Below are positions 37,746-48,294 of a DNA stretch of 64,000 nucleotides, piece after piece. Numbering within the stretch: position 1 is the first letter of the stretch; every line of letters starts with the position of its first letter. Under the pieces are notes generated by a model. The model ran no database searches. It was not told where the DNA came from and saw nothing but the letters and a program-made list of their open reading frames with translations. The position numbers and the translations under genes are program-made. Origin of the DNA: an uncultured SAR86 cluster bacterium (GTDB taxonomy: Bacteria; Pseudomonadota; Gammaproteobacteria; Magnimaribacterales; D2472); assembly GCA_902559345.1 (NCBI GenBank), contig CACEHH010000004.1, positions 1,458 through 65,457 on the forward strand, written 5' to 3'.

Positions 37746-38666
37746 ATGAAAAATAAAAAAAATATTTGTTTTATATCTCACCAATTTTCTTTAATGATAA
37801 TAATGGTATTTAGTTTCAATAGCTTTGCTGATTATTCGAATCATAATAAGAGCAAAGAAGTTATAGATGAGCTAGTAAACAAACATGGATTTGAAGAATC
37901 TTATGTTATTGAAGTTCTAAAGAGCGCTACAAGAAGAGATGAAATGCTTAGATCGGTAGCAAAACCAGCTGAAAAGACAAAGACTTGGGATGACTATAAA
38001 GCTATTTTTATAAAGAAGAAAAGAATTAGAGATGGTAAGAGATTTATAAATGAAAATATTGAAACTTTAGAAAGAGCTGAAAAAGAATTTGGTGTGCCCA
38101 AAGAAGTTATAACAGCTATCTTGGGAGTTGAAACAAACTTTGGAAGCAATAAGGGAAATCATAGAGTGATAGACAGTCTTACCACTTTAGGCTTTGATGA
38201 TCCTAATAGGTCTAAATTTTTTAGACGCGAACTCATAGAATTTTTTCTTCTTACAAGAGAGAATAATTTAGATATTCTTAAAACCAAAGGTTCTTATGCT
38301 GGAGCGATGGGATATGCTCAATTTATATCATCCAGCTATCGCGCATATGCAATTGATTATGATGGAGATGGATACGTAGATTTATTCAATTCTGTCGATG
38401 ATGCTATTGGAAGTATTGCTAATTATCTAAAAGTTCATGGCTGGAAAAGGGATGGTAGTATCGTTACTAAAACATATCCAAATAATGTAAGAAAATTCTA
38501 CAAACCACATGAATCTTTAACACAATTTATTCCGTTGACATTTGTTGAGAATGGTCAAGAATTACATTTTATTGGTGATGATAACTTTCGTGCTATAGCT
38601 AGATATAATATTAGTGATGTTTATGCAATGTCGGTGTATTATTTATCTGAAGAGTTTAAAAAATGA
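37746..38666 (+). CDS. mltB: Lytic murein transglycosylase B
   Basis: ILGVETNFG (catalytic Glu) and GAMGYAQFISSSY motifs. Confidence 0.85.
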   Translation: MKNKKNICFISHQFSLMIIMVFSFNSFADYSNHNKSKEVIDELVNKHGFEESYVIEVLKSATRRDEMLRSVAKPAEKTKTWDDYKAIFIKKKRIRDGKRFINENIETLERAEKEFGVPKEVITAILGVETNFGSNKGNHRVIDSLTTLGFDDPNRSKFFRRELIEFFLLTRENNLDILKTKGSYAGAMGYAQFISSSYRAYAIDYDGDGYVDLFNSVDDAIGSIANYLKVHGWKRDGSIVTKTYPNNVRKFYKPHESLTQFIPLTFVENGQELHFIGDDNFRAIARYNISDVYAMSVYYLSEEFKK

Positions 38667-39811
38667 AAAAAATATTATTATTAGTCTTACTATCATCTAA
38701 TTTCATTCTTGCGCAAAGCTTTGTCCCTAATGCGCCTGAATTAGATTTAAAGAGTTATATATTAATTGATCCAAATACAAATACAGTTATAGCAGAATCT
38801 AATTCTGATGGCTTGATCGAACCTGCCAGCATGACAAAGGTTATGACAGCTTATGTTGTCGCAGATCAAATTAATAATAATCTTATAAGTTTGGATGATG
38901 AGGTTCTTGTTAGTGAAAAAGCATGGAAGATGGGCGGATCAAAAATGTTTATTGAAGTTGGTAAAAAAGTGACTGTCTTAGACCTTATGAAAGGCATAAT
39001 GATTCAATCTGGTAACGATGCCTCAGTTGCTATTGCTGAATATGTAGGTGGAACCGAAGAAGGATTTGTTGATTTAATGAATTCATATGCTGCCTCAATA
39101 GGCATGAAGAACACATACTTTGTTAATTCAACAGGATTACCAGGCGAAGATCATTTAACTTCTGCTAGTGATCTTGCTTTGCTTACTTCTGAATTTATAA
39201 ATAACTTTCCTGATATATATGCACTATTTAAAGAAAAAGAGTTCGAGTATGGGGGTATAACAGGTAATAAATATAATAGGAATAAGCTCCTTTGGAGAGA
39301 TGAAACCTCTGATGGAGTCAAAACAGGTCATACATCTTCAGCAGGCTATTGTTTAATTGGATCAGCTAAACGTGGCAATATGAGATTAATAACTGTTGTA
39401 GCAGGAAGTGACAGTGCTAATAATAGTTTTTCAGATACTCAAAGATTGCTAGAATACGGATTTAGATTTTATATAACCCAGAAACAGTTTGAAGCAGATA
39501 AGGAATACGCAACCTCAAAGGTTTGGGGTGGTAAAAGTGATATTGTAAGACTTGGTGTATCAAAAGACATTTCAATAACATTGCCAAGAACTAGCTATAA
39601 AGATACCACTATAAATTATGATATAAAGAACAATATCCAAGCCCCAATTTCAAAAGGTCAAAAAATTGGAACTCTTGAAATTATAAACAATAATGAAACA
39701 GTTCTAACATCAGACTTAATTGCATTAGAAGATGTAGAGGCAAAAGGTATTTTGGGGAGGCTTTGGTCAAAATTTATTCTTTGGCTAATAAGTCTTTTTG
39801 GAACATCTTAG
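38663..39811 (+). CDS. dacA: D-alanyl-D-alanine carboxypeptidase (PBP5/6 family)
   Basis: Signal peptide. SMTK (SxxK), SGN and KTGHT motifs. C-terminal amphipathic anchor. Confidence 0.88.
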   Translation: MKKILLLVLLSSNFILAQSFVPNAPELDLKSYILIDPNTNTVIAESNSDGLIEPASMTKVMTAYVVADQINNNLISLDDEVLVSEKAWKMGGSKMFIEVGKKVTVLDLMKGIMIQSGNDASVAIAEYVGGTEEGFVDLMNSYAASIGMKNTYFVNSTGLPGEDHLTSASDLALLTSEFINNFPDIYALFKEKEFEYGGITGNKYNRNKLLWRDETSDGVKTGHTSSAGYCLIGSAKRGNMRLITVVAGSDSANNSFSDTQRLLEYGFRFYITQKQFEADKEYATSKVWGGKSDIVRLGVSKDISITLPRTSYKDTTINYDIKNNIQAPISKGQKIGTLEIINNNETVLTSDLIALEDVEAKGILGRLWSKFILWLISLFGTS

Positions 39812-40645
39812 ATGGAAAAAATTCTTGCTGTTTATAACAGTAGATTTAGTAACCTTCATGAAATAAAAATATCACCATTAAGTAGAGCATATACTTTTTC
39901 AGATAGCGTTTACGAAGTTATTCCTTTTTACAACTTTGAGCTAATAGCTTTTGATAAGCATATATCAAGATTAAGAAATAGTTGCAATGCTTTAAACCTT
40001 GTTCTAGATTTTAAAAAAACTACTAAAGAAATTTTACAGTTAATTTCAGAAAGCAATCTTAAAAATGGTTATGTTTATTATCAGGTTTCAAGAGGCGTTG
40101 ATGCTATTAGATCTCATATTTTCAATGACAACCTATCTATTGAAACTTTTGGTTATGTGGTAGAGCATGTTTTTAAGTCTCAAAAATTAAAAGTCATGCT
40201 ATGTGAAGACCTAAGATGGAAAAGATGTGATATTAAATCTACTTCACTTTTAGGCAATGTAATGAGTATGAATAATGCAAAAAAGAAAGCCTGCGATGAA
40301 GTTATTATGCATAAGGAAAATATTCTTACAGAAGGAGGGGCATCAAATCTTTTTTTCACCGATGATAAAACTGTTTTTACACCTTCTATTTCAACAAATA
40401 TTCTTCCTGGCATCACTAGAGAGCTTCTCATAAATGAGATAAAAGATGCTGGGATACAGGTTATTGAAGATGAATTCAATATTAACGATTTAAAAAATGC
40501 TGAATCTATTTGGTTGACAAGTTCTACGAAAGGAGTCGCACAAGTTTCTGATGTTTTTGACTTGGAAGTTAGTCTTATTGAAGACCATCCTCTATATTTA
40601 AGATGTAATAAGATATTTAATGAAAAATTTTTATGCGGTTGTTAA
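39812..40645 (+). CDS. Class IV aminotransferase (D-amino-acid / branched-chain type)
   Basis: 277 aa. Lys in DIKSTSLLGNV, plus EGGASNLFF. Confidence 0.75.
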   Translation: MEKILAVYNSRFSNLHEIKISPLSRAYTFSDSVYEVIPFYNFELIAFDKHISRLRNSCNALNLVLDFKKTTKEILQLISESNLKNGYVYYQVSRGVDAIRSHIFNDNLSIETFGYVVEHVFKSQKLKVMLCEDLRWKRCDIKSTSLLGNVMSMNNAKKKACDEVIMHKENILTEGGASNLFFTDDKTVFTPSISTNILPGITRELLINEIKDAGIQVIEDEFNINDLKNAESIWLTSSTKGVAQVSDVFDLEVSLIEDHPLYLRCNKIFNEKFLCGC

Positions 40646-41617
40646 TTCAATAATTAAGTTATCAATCTCCTGCCAAAATTGATCTTTTGTTATACCTGCT
40701 AAACCTTTTGAAGCTAAATCTAATTCATATATTTTCTTTTGAAGCGGCATTATTTTTTTTAGCGCATTGCATTTTATAAAATTAATATATGCAGGTATTT
40801 TACTCTTCCAAATGCCGGATTTCTCAAGGCTTGAATTTTTATTCTTGTTTTGATGAGCTGCAACAGCAGTATTAATTATTTTTCCCATAATATAAACTAA
40901 TAGTGGACCATAATGGTCATCATTTTTTTTAATAGACTTAGCAATTCTTAAAGCATAATGTGTATTCAATTCAATTATTTTATTTTCGAGCTCATATGGA
41001 AGAAATTCTGCATCATCTGAACTGATAGCTTGATTATCTTCATCTCTAGAGTAGGTTAATTTCAACAAATTAATTTCATTATTCTGTGCAACCATATTTC
41101 CAGAATAAACATCCATAATTCTTTTTGAGTAGTTCTCTGCATCTTTTTCATTCATAAATTTAAGCTGTTCCTTTATCCATGCACTCTCTTCAAAAGATTT
41201 CAATTTATTACATTGAACAATGAGACAGGATTGATCCATTTTTGTTACCCACTTTGTAGACTTATTAATTTTTTCTATTGAAGACCTTATTATGACAGCT
41301 ATATTTTTCATGTTACTTATATTTGGCATTTCAAAAATATTAGTTATTTCTTTTGGAATTTTTCCAGAAGTATGGATTATTTCTATTACAGTTTTTGATC
41401 CAAATAATGATCCGTTAGCATTTTCAATCAAAATTTGTTCAATATTTTTAAAGTCTTTCTCAAATATAAATCTTTTCTCAGAATAGCCACTTTGCTTATA
41501 AAATCTATTTATAAGATCTACAGAGTAATTCTTTAATACAATTTCTGGACCAAGTAAGAAAAAAAAACTAGGAGATTTTTCTATATATTTTTTTAAAGAA
41601 GTAGCCTCACAAATCAA
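40631..41617 (-). CDS. holA: DNA polymerase III subunit delta
   Basis: 328 aa. FFLLGPE N-terminal motif. Conserved position after lptE in the leuS-lptE-holA block. Confidence 0.8.
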   Translation of the reverse strand: MICEATSLKKYIEKSPSFFFLLGPEIVLKNYSVDLINRFYKQSGYSEKRFIFEKDFKNIEQILIENANGSLFGSKTVIEIIHTSGKIPKEITNIFEMPNISNMKNIAVIIRSSIEKINKSTKWVTKMDQSCLIVQCNKLKSFEESAWIKEQLKFMNEKDAENYSKRIMDVYSGNMVAQNNEINLLKLTYSRDEDNQAISSDDAEFLPYELENKIIELNTHYALRIAKSIKKNDDHYGPLLVYIMGKIINTAVAAHQNKNKNSSLEKSGIWKSKIPAYINFIKCNALKKIMPLQKKIYELDLASKGLAGITKDQFWQEIDNLIIELTTA

Positions 41618-42074
41618 TTAAATTTACCTCTATAATTATTTGATTAAGAAGATCATCAAACATTTCGTTTTCGATAAAAGATAACATTTCTTGCTCTGCA
41701 AGAGGGTTTAGCTCAATCGAATCAAATCTCTTCATGCTCATTAATGATTTGTTAATTTCATTGCCGTTGCTAACAATTGTTACTTGTAATGATGACTTTG
41801 CTTCACTTTCCAGCGCTCTTAGTGACTTGCCTGAGTATACTTCATACTGCTTAAATAAATAATTATTAATATTAATTTTAATATTTTCACCATAACCGAT
41901 GTTTTGCTTAAATATTGAATTAATCTTTACTTGAAATGACTTTGGTATACCTGAATCAAAACTTACTAAATAACTTTTATTTACAATTTTTACCTGTTTA
42001 TAGTCACCAACTGCACAGGCGTAAACAAATACCAATACGATCAGTAAAATATTTAGATTTCTTTTTTGAGCCAT
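41607..42074 (-). CDS. lptE: LPS-assembly lipoprotein LptE
   Basis: 155 aa. Lipobox VYAC. Sits between leuS and holA. Confidence 0.7.
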   Translation of the reverse strand: MAQKRNLNILLIVLVFVYACAVGDYKQVKIVNKSYLVSFDSGIPKSFQVKINSIFKQNIGYGENIKININNYLFKQYEVYSGKSLRALESEAKSSLQVTIVSNGNEINKSLMSMKRFDSIELNPLAEQEMLSFIENEMFDDLLNQIIIEVNLIDL

Positions 42075-42118
42075 TTTAATATCTTATAACAAGTTTGTTG
42101 AAAATTATTAATATAGAG

Positions 42119-44524
42119 TTAGATTACAAAATTAACTAATTTATTTTTTACATATATGACTTTTTTTACTTCAGAATCATTTATGTAATTTTTTACATTT
42201 TCAATATTTAATGCAATATTTTCAATCTCTTTTTGTTCACTACCTTTATTTATATTAACTTTTCCTCTGACCTTGCCATTCACTTGAACAATTAATTCAA
42301 ACTCTTCAATTTCTAGAAGGGTCTCGCTTATCTCTGGCCAAGAACATTCAATGCTAGGACCATCTTCATAGAAGCTATCCCATAGATATTCACATATATG
42401 AGGAGCGATTGGAGATAGCATTTGCAATATAAAAAGTATTGCCTCATCAAGGCAATACTTTTGTGAATCTAGAGAGTTTTCATTTTTATATTCATCAGGT
42501 ATGAAATTTAATAATTCCATTATTGCTGCTATTGCAGTATTAAAGGAAAATCTAACTTCATAATCATTTTCTACCTTTTTTAAAGTTGCATGAGATTTTC
42601 GTCTAAGACTAAGCTCCTCTTTGGTAAAATCAAATCGACTACTTAAACGATTATATTTTTTTCCATTAATTAGTTTCCATATTTTTTTTAAGAATCTTGA
42701 AGCACCTTCGACAGACGATTCGCTCCATTCTAAGCTCTGTTCTGGATGAGAGGTAAACATCATATAAAGTCTAACTGTATCAGCGCCATATTTTTCAATA
42801 TATGACTGCGGGTCAACAGTATTTCCTTTAGACTTTGACATTTTTGCACCATCTTTTAAAACCATCCCTTGTGTAAGTAATCTCTTAAACGGTTCATCAC
42901 CTTCAACCAATCCAATATCCCTTAATGCTTTATGAAAAAATCTTGAGTAGAGAAGATGTAAAATAGCATGCTCAATACCTCCAATATACAGATCAACTGG
43001 AAGCCAATATTTAGTATTCTCATCAAATATATTTTTATCATTATCAGCAGAAGTAAAGCGTGCGTAATACCATGATGAGTCCATAAAAGTATCAAAGGTG
43101 TCACTTTCTCTAGCAATGTCATCTCTAATTTTCAAAAATTCTTTATTTTGACTTAAGGGAATAGGAGGCGAATCTTTATCAAGTTCAGGAAGTTCGACAG
43201 GTATTTCCTTTTCATCTAATACGCTTGGCTCTCCATTTTTATATACAACAGGTATTGGGCAGCCCCAATATCTTTGTCTGCTTACTCCCCAATCTCTTAA
43301 TCGGAATTGAATTAATTTTTCACCTAACTTTAATTCTTCGAGACGATCTATTATTTTTTTTGTTGCCTCGTCAGACATTAAGCCATTAAAGTTTTCAGAG
43401 TTAATAACTTTACCCTCTTCTAAAATAGGCAACTCATTGTTTTCAGTTTCTATTACTTGTTTTATTTCTAAGTCGTATTTTGAAGCAAATTCAAAATCTC
43501 GCACATCATGAGCAGGAACGCCCATTACCACCCCAGTTCCATATTCAAGTAAAACAAAGTTCCCAATCCATACTGGTAACTTCTTGCCCGATAAAGGATG
43601 GATCACACTTAATCCAGTATCTATCCCAAATTTATCTGCTTTTACAATATCAGCTTCAGCAGTTTTAATTTCCTTACATTCTTCTAAGAATTTTTTTATT
43701 TCTTTATTATTATTAGATAGTTCAATTGCAAGATGATGGCTAGGAGAAATAGCCAAAAAAGATACCCCAAAAATAGTATCAGGCCTGGTAGAAAATGTTG
43801 TTAGGAAATCATCAGAATTTTCTATTTTATATTTAATTTCTGCACCTTTGGATTTTCCAATCCAATTTTTTTGCATAGTTTTTACATTATCAGGCCAATC
43901 TAAACTATCAAGCGAATCAAGAAGCTCATCAGCATAATTAGTTATTTTTATAAACCATTGATCAATTTCTTTATTCTCAATTTTTGCACCAGACCTCCAT
44001 CCTCTGCCATCAATTACTTGTTCATTTGCAAGAACAGTTTCATCGACAGGATCCCAATTAACTATAGATTTCTTTCGATAAACCAAACCAGCATCATAGA
44101 ATCTCTTAAATATGAGCTGTTCCCATTTGTAATATTTTGAGTCACAAGTTCTGAGTTCTTTAGACCAGTCATAACTTAAGCCTAGGGACTTAAGTTGGGC
44201 TTTCATATTTTCAATATTTTGATTAGTCCAATCTTTTGGACTAACATTATTTGCAATTGCTGCATTCTCAGCCGGAAGCCCAAAAGCATCCCATCCCATA
44301 GGTTGAAATACATTAAAATTTTTCATTCTCTTGTATCTAGAAATTACATCTCCAATGGTATAGTTTCTTACGTGTCCCATATGAAGTTTTCCAGATGGAT
44401 AGGGGAACATTGACAAACAATAATATTTTTCTCTGTCGTCTATCTTGGAGACATATCTATTTTCTTTGTTCCACTTTTCCTGAACCTTTTCTTCAATTAA
44501 TTTTGGGTTGTAATTAGAGTTCAT
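42119..44524 (-). CDS. leuS: Leucine--tRNA ligase
   Basis: 801 aa. HMGH (HIGH) and KMSKS signatures. CP1 editing domain. Confidence 0.93.
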   Translation of the reverse strand: MNSNYNPKLIEEKVQEKWNKENRYVSKIDDREKYYCLSMFPYPSGKLHMGHVRNYTIGDVISRYKRMKNFNVFQPMGWDAFGLPAENAAIANNVSPKDWTNQNIENMKAQLKSLGLSYDWSKELRTCDSKYYKWEQLIFKRFYDAGLVYRKKSIVNWDPVDETVLANEQVIDGRGWRSGAKIENKEIDQWFIKITNYADELLDSLDSLDWPDNVKTMQKNWIGKSKGAEIKYKIENSDDFLTTFSTRPDTIFGVSFLAISPSHHLAIELSNNNKEIKKFLEECKEIKTAEADIVKADKFGIDTGLSVIHPLSGKKLPVWIGNFVLLEYGTGVVMGVPAHDVRDFEFASKYDLEIKQVIETENNELPILEEGKVINSENFNGLMSDEATKKIIDRLEELKLGEKLIQFRLRDWGVSRQRYWGCPIPVVYKNGEPSVLDEKEIPVELPELDKDSPPIPLSQNKEFLKIRDDIARESDTFDTFMDSSWYYARFTSADNDKNIFDENTKYWLPVDLYIGGIEHAILHLLYSRFFHKALRDIGLVEGDEPFKRLLTQGMVLKDGAKMSKSKGNTVDPQSYIEKYGADTVRLYMMFTSHPEQSLEWSESSVEGASRFLKKIWKLINGKKYNRLSSRFDFTKEELSLRRKSHATLKKVENDYEVRFSFNTAIAAIMELLNFIPDEYKNENSLDSQKYCLDEAILFILQMLSPIAPHICEYLWDSFYEDGPSIECSWPEISETLLEIEEFELIVQVNGKVRGKVNINKGSEQKEIENIALNIENVKNYINDSEVKKVIYVKNKLVNFVI

Positions 44525-44526
44525 TA

Positions 44527-45867
44527 TTATTTATTAAATTCATTTTCAAGATAATTAATTGTATGCATATTGTTTATATATACGTCATCATTAAGAATTT
44601 TTTGGTGAAGAGGTTGATTTGTTTTAATTCCTTCTACAAAAAATTCATCTAAAGCGGATAACATTCTTTTTATAGAAGAGCCCCTTGAGTTTGCTTGAGT
44701 TATTATTTTCGCAAGAAGTGAATCATAGTAAGGAGTAACATTATAACCACTATAAATATGAGAATCATATCTAATACCAAAACCACCAGCTGTATGCATT
44801 TTAGTTATTAATCCTGGACAGGGTTGAAAGGTTTCAGGATCCTCAGCATTTATCCGGCATTCTATAGCATGACCCTTAAAATTAACTTTTGATTGTTCTA
44901 GATCATAGTTAATCCCGAGAGCAATTTTTATCTGAGCTTTAACAATATCGAAACCTGTTATCATTTCTGTAACAGGATGTTCAACTTGAATTCTAGTATT
45001 CATTTCAATGAAATAAAATTCATTATTTTCATATAAAAATTCTAACGTACCAGCTCCTTCATATTTTATTTCCTTGCATAAATTGACACATGCCTCGAGA
45101 GTCTTATTGAGATTTTGCATGTTTAGATTTATAGCTGGGGCTTCTTCAATTATTTTCTGATGTCTTCTTTGTACACTACAGTCTCTTGTCCCAAGATGAA
45201 TAGCATCACCCTTACCATCCCCAATAATCTGTATTTCAATATGTCTTGGATTTTGAATATATTTTTCGATATATATCTTTTCATTACCAAAAGAATTAAG
45301 CGCTTCTTTCTTAGTAATTTCTATAAGATTAATGAGGTCTTCCTCATTTACTACCACTCTCATTCCTCTTCCACCGCCTCCAGCTGTTGCTTTTAGTATT
45401 ACTGGATAACCTATTTCGTTAACGATATCTTTTACTTTTGACTCATCATCGGGGATATCATCAGAAAACCCAGGCACGATTGGTATATTATATTTTTTAA
45501 CATAATTTTTTGCTGTTATCTTATCTCCCATTTTTTGAATGGTCTCTGAATTAGGACCAATAAATTTAAAACCACTTTTATTGCATTGATCTGCAAATTC
45601 ATAATTTTCAGATAAAAATCCATAACCTGGGTAAATAGCATCTACCTCCGTTAGCTCTGCAGCAGATAATATGGAGGGAATATTGAGGTAGCTTTCAGCT
45701 GGTGAAGCAGGACCTATGCATACAGTTTCATCTGCAAATTTAAGATGTTTTAAATCCTTATCTACATCAGAGTAAACCCCAACAGTTTTAATGCCAAGCT
45801 CACGGCATGCTCTAAGCGCTCTAAGCGCAATTTCACCTCTATTTGCGATTAATATTTTAAATGCCAT
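44527..45867 (-). CDS. accC: Acetyl-CoA carboxylase biotin carboxylase subunit
   Basis: [33 protein letters not shown]. Confidence 0.93.
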   Translation of the reverse strand: MAFKILIANRGEIALRALRACRELGIKTVGVYSDVDKDLKHLKFADETVCIGPASPAESYLNIPSILSAAELTEVDAIYPGYGFLSENYEFADQCNKSGFKFIGPNSETIQKMGDKITAKNYVKKYNIPIVPGFSDDIPDDESKVKDIVNEIGYPVILKATAGGGGRGMRVVVNEEDLINLIEITKKEALNSFGNEKIYIEKYIQNPRHIEIQIIGDGKGDAIHLGTRDCSVQRRHQKIIEEAPAINLNMQNLNKTLEACVNLCKEIKYEGAGTLEFLYENNEFYFIEMNTRIQVEHPVTEMITGFDIVKAQIKIALGINYDLEQSKVNFKGHAIECRINAEDPETFQPCPGLITKMHTAGGFGIRYDSHIYSGYNVTPYYDSLLAKIITQANSRGSSIKRMLSALDEFFVEGIKTNQPLHQKILNDDVYINNMHTINYLENEFNK

Positions 45868-46311
45868 TTATTGAATTACTATAATAGTTTGACCAAATTC
45901 TACTGGCTGCCCATCATCAATTTCTATAGATATTATTTTTCCATCATAATCTGACTTTATCTCATTCATCATTTTCATTGCTTCAACGATGCATAAAACA
46001 TCTCCTTTATTTACAGAGTCTCCAACTTTTATAAAAGGCGGGCTATCAGGACTAGGCTTTCTATAAAAAGTTCCAACGATAGGTGACTTAACAAGATTAC
46101 CATCATGATTGGCATATTTTTTTTGAGATTGATTTTGATTGATATTTATGGATTCAGTTTGACGATTAGATAATTGATTGAACTCAACAGCATCGTCTCC
46201 TTTAGTTTGTTTTGAAATTCTTACTGATTCATCTCCTTGACTCACTTCAATTTCTTTAAGATTTGATTCTTCTAACATTTCAATTAATGTTTTAATTTTT
46301 CTTATGTCCAT
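45868..46311 (-). CDS. accB: Biotin carboxyl carrier protein of acetyl-CoA carboxylase
   Basis: C-terminal biotinylation motif EAMKMMNEI. Confidence 0.92.
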   Translation of the reverse strand: MDIRKIKTLIEMLEESNLKEIEVSQGDESVRISKQTKGDDAVEFNQLSNRQTESININQNQSQKKYANHDGNLVKSPIVGTFYRKPSPDSPPFIKVGDSVNKGDVLCIVEAMKMMNEIKSDYDGKIISIEIDDGQPVEFGQTIIVIQ

Positions 46312-46322
46312 ATTGTTACCTA

Positions 46323-46760
46323 TTAAATATTGTTTATACCCAATGCAGCAGCCAATGCGTGATCATATCCTGCAGAGCCATGGCCGCTAATCACTTTTTC
46401 TGCAATATCACTAAAATATGATTTTTTTCTAAAATCTTCCCTAGATTCAATATCTGAAATATGCACTTCATAAAATGGTATTTTTACAGCTAAAAGCGCA
46501 TCTCTTAAAGCAACACTCGTGTGAGTATAGCCAGCTGGATTAAAAATAATATAATCAACTTTATCATTAAGTGCATTATGGATTGCCTCAATAAGTTCAT
46601 GTTCGGCATTACTTTGATAAAAGTTAATTATGCAGTTATTTATTTCAGCAATTTTCTGAAGTCTTATTTCAATATCTTTTAGAGATTCAGAGCCATATAT
46701 ATCCTCTTCCCTAATACCAAGTAAATTTAGATTTGGCCCATTTAATACTAATATTTTCAT
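46323..46760 (-). CDS. aroQ: Type II 3-dehydroquinate dehydratase
   Basis: [29 protein letters not shown]. 145 aa. Confidence 0.92.
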   Translation of the reverse strand: MKILVLNGPNLNLLGIREEDIYGSESLKDIEIRLQKIAEINNCIINFYQSNAEHELIEAIHNALNDKVDYIIFNPAGYTHTSVALRDALLAVKIPFYEVHISDIESREDFRKKSYFSDIAEKVISGHGSAGYDHALAAALGINNI

Positions 46761-46766
46761 TTATAA

Positions 46767-46803
46767 GATTTTAACCGATTTTATAAGATTTTATGTGATT
46801 TTA
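46767..46803. repeat. Four GATTTTA motifs at exact 10-bp phasing, immediately upstream of aroQ
   Basis: GATTTTA at 46767, 46777, 46787 and 46797. On the coding strand of aroQ the motif reads TAAAATC. Confidence 0.8.
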
Positions 46804-47217
46804 TTTAATATTAATAGATTGAACAGGATAACAAAAACCTTTTTCTGAGCAACCCTGATAATATATTTTAGTTTTACCTTTTTGGTCAGATTCTTCATAT
46901 GAAATCTCAAGTATATCTTTAATTATTTTTGTATCTCCAAAGAACTCATCTTTATAATCTATTGGGTCGCCTTTAAGAATTTTATATGTGATTTCCCCAT
47001 CAATATCTTTAACACTCACTGACCTAAGATATAAATAATAGTCTTTTTTGACATTCCAAGTAGCTATTATGTTGCCACTACTTTTGATGAAATTGAAACC
47101 AAAAGCCTCTTTTGCTGGAAGAATTTGATTATCTGCTTCAGAAAATATTAAATCATCTTCAGCTAGCATACTAAAACAAGTTAAAACTATAATGAATGTA
47201 AATAATGTTTCTTTCAT
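46801..47217 (-). CDS. Stand-alone DsbD N-terminal (alpha) domain protein, periplasmic
   Basis: 138 aa with a signal peptide. PAKEAFGFNF, KDYYLYLRS, KDEFFGDTKI and YYQGCSEKGFCYPV align with my recollection of E. coli DsbD alpha (PADQAFAFDF, DGYYLYRKQ, EDEFYGKSEI, YQGCADAGFCYPP). The ORF stops 9 codons after the Cys pair. Confidence 0.8.
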   Translation of the reverse strand: MKETLFTFIIVLTCFSMLAEDDLIFSEADNQILPAKEAFGFNFIKSSGNIIATWNVKKDYYLYLRSVSVKDIDGEITYKILKGDPIDYKDEFFGDTKIIKDILEISYEESDQKGKTKIYYQGCSEKGFCYPVQSINIK

Positions 47218-47283
47218 CAGTAAGTAGGATAAACTTCACTTCATGCAAAGTGAAGAAATACTTTTAATTATAATCATTTAAAT

Positions 47284-48294
47284 ATGCTAAGAAATTTTTT
47301 TATAAATCTTTTTTTCTTAATACCTGTTTGGCTTATTAATCTATTATCAGTTTTTAATAAAGATGTAAAAAGAAAATTTATTTTTGATAAACAATCTAAA
47401 CTTTTTTTATCTTTGATGCCTAAATTTGATATACATGAAGTCTCTGATGAAGATATTTCAGAAATAAGAAGTTTAATAGATAAAAAGCGAAAAGCCTTAA
47501 GGCTATCGAAAAGAACAAAAAAGAAAGTCGAAAGAACAGATCACTTTATTGGAATAAATAAAGAAATAAAAATTAGAGAATATATTCCTTATCAAACTGA
47601 TAATAAAAAAGTAATACTATTTTTTCATGGTGGAGGATATGTATTAAACTCGATTGAATCACATGACCCTTCTGTTGCATATTTTTCAGAAAAACTTAGA
47701 ACAAAGATTTATTCATTGGATTATTCATTATCTCCAGAAAACAAATTTCCATGCGCATTAAAAGAAGCTATTTCTGCAATAGAATGGTTAATCCAAAGTG
47801 GAAATAAAATTAGCAATATAAGTCTTTGTGGTGATAGCGCTGGTGCTCATCTTGCCGCTTCAGTTACTCATCATTTTGCAAATGAAAACAAAGAGAATGT
47901 ACATAGTCAATTTTTAATATACCCAATGTGTGATCCAAGTTGTAGCTATGATTCTCATGAATTATTCAAAGATGGCTATTTATTAACAAAAAAAGCAATG
48001 CGCTGGTTCTGGAACAAATTTGAATCAAGTGTTGAAAATCAATCTTTAAATACTTTTAATCTGATGCTATATAAAGGAGAGGCTATAATACCTAAAACAA
48101 TTATTGTAACGGCTGGTTTTGATCCATTGTCAGATGAAGCAGAAGGTTATGCTTTTTTGCTTCATGAAAGTGGTACTTCTGTGAAACAATTACATTACCC
48201 ATCTTTGTTTCATGGTTTTGCATCAATGACCAGGTTGAAAGCTGCTAGGAAAGCTGTGAATGATTTTTTATCAGAATATAAAGAAATATTATGA
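47284..48294 (+). CDS. Alpha/beta hydrolase, hormone-sensitive-lipase (family IV) esterase
   Basis: HGGGY oxyanion motif. GDSAGA nucleophile elbow. N-terminal TM/signal segment. Confidence 0.8.
   Translation: MLRNFFINLFFLIPVWLINLLSVFNKDVKRKFIFDKQSKLFLSLMPKFDIHEVSDEDISEIRSLIDKKRKALRLSKRTKKKVERTDHFIGINKEIKIREYIPYQTDNKKVILFFHGGGYVLNSIESHDPSVAYFSEKLRTKIYSLDYSLSPENKFPCALKEAISAIEWLIQSGNKISNISLCGDSAGAHLAASVTHHFANENKENVHSQFLIYPMCDPSCSYDSHELFKDGYLLTKKAMRWFWNKFESSVENQSLNTFNLMLYKGEAIIPKTIIVTAGFDPLSDEAEGYAFLLHESGTSVKQLHYPSLFHGFASMTRLKAARKAVNDFLSEYKEIL

Noticed and set aside
47234-47255. Hairpin CTTCACTT-CATGCA-AAGTGAAG between the divergent DsbD-alpha and esterase genes
   Set aside because: It is a real 8-bp inverted repeat, but isolated, short and in a divergent promoter region, with nothing to tie it to a function. 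I cannot distinguish it from chance without comparative data.
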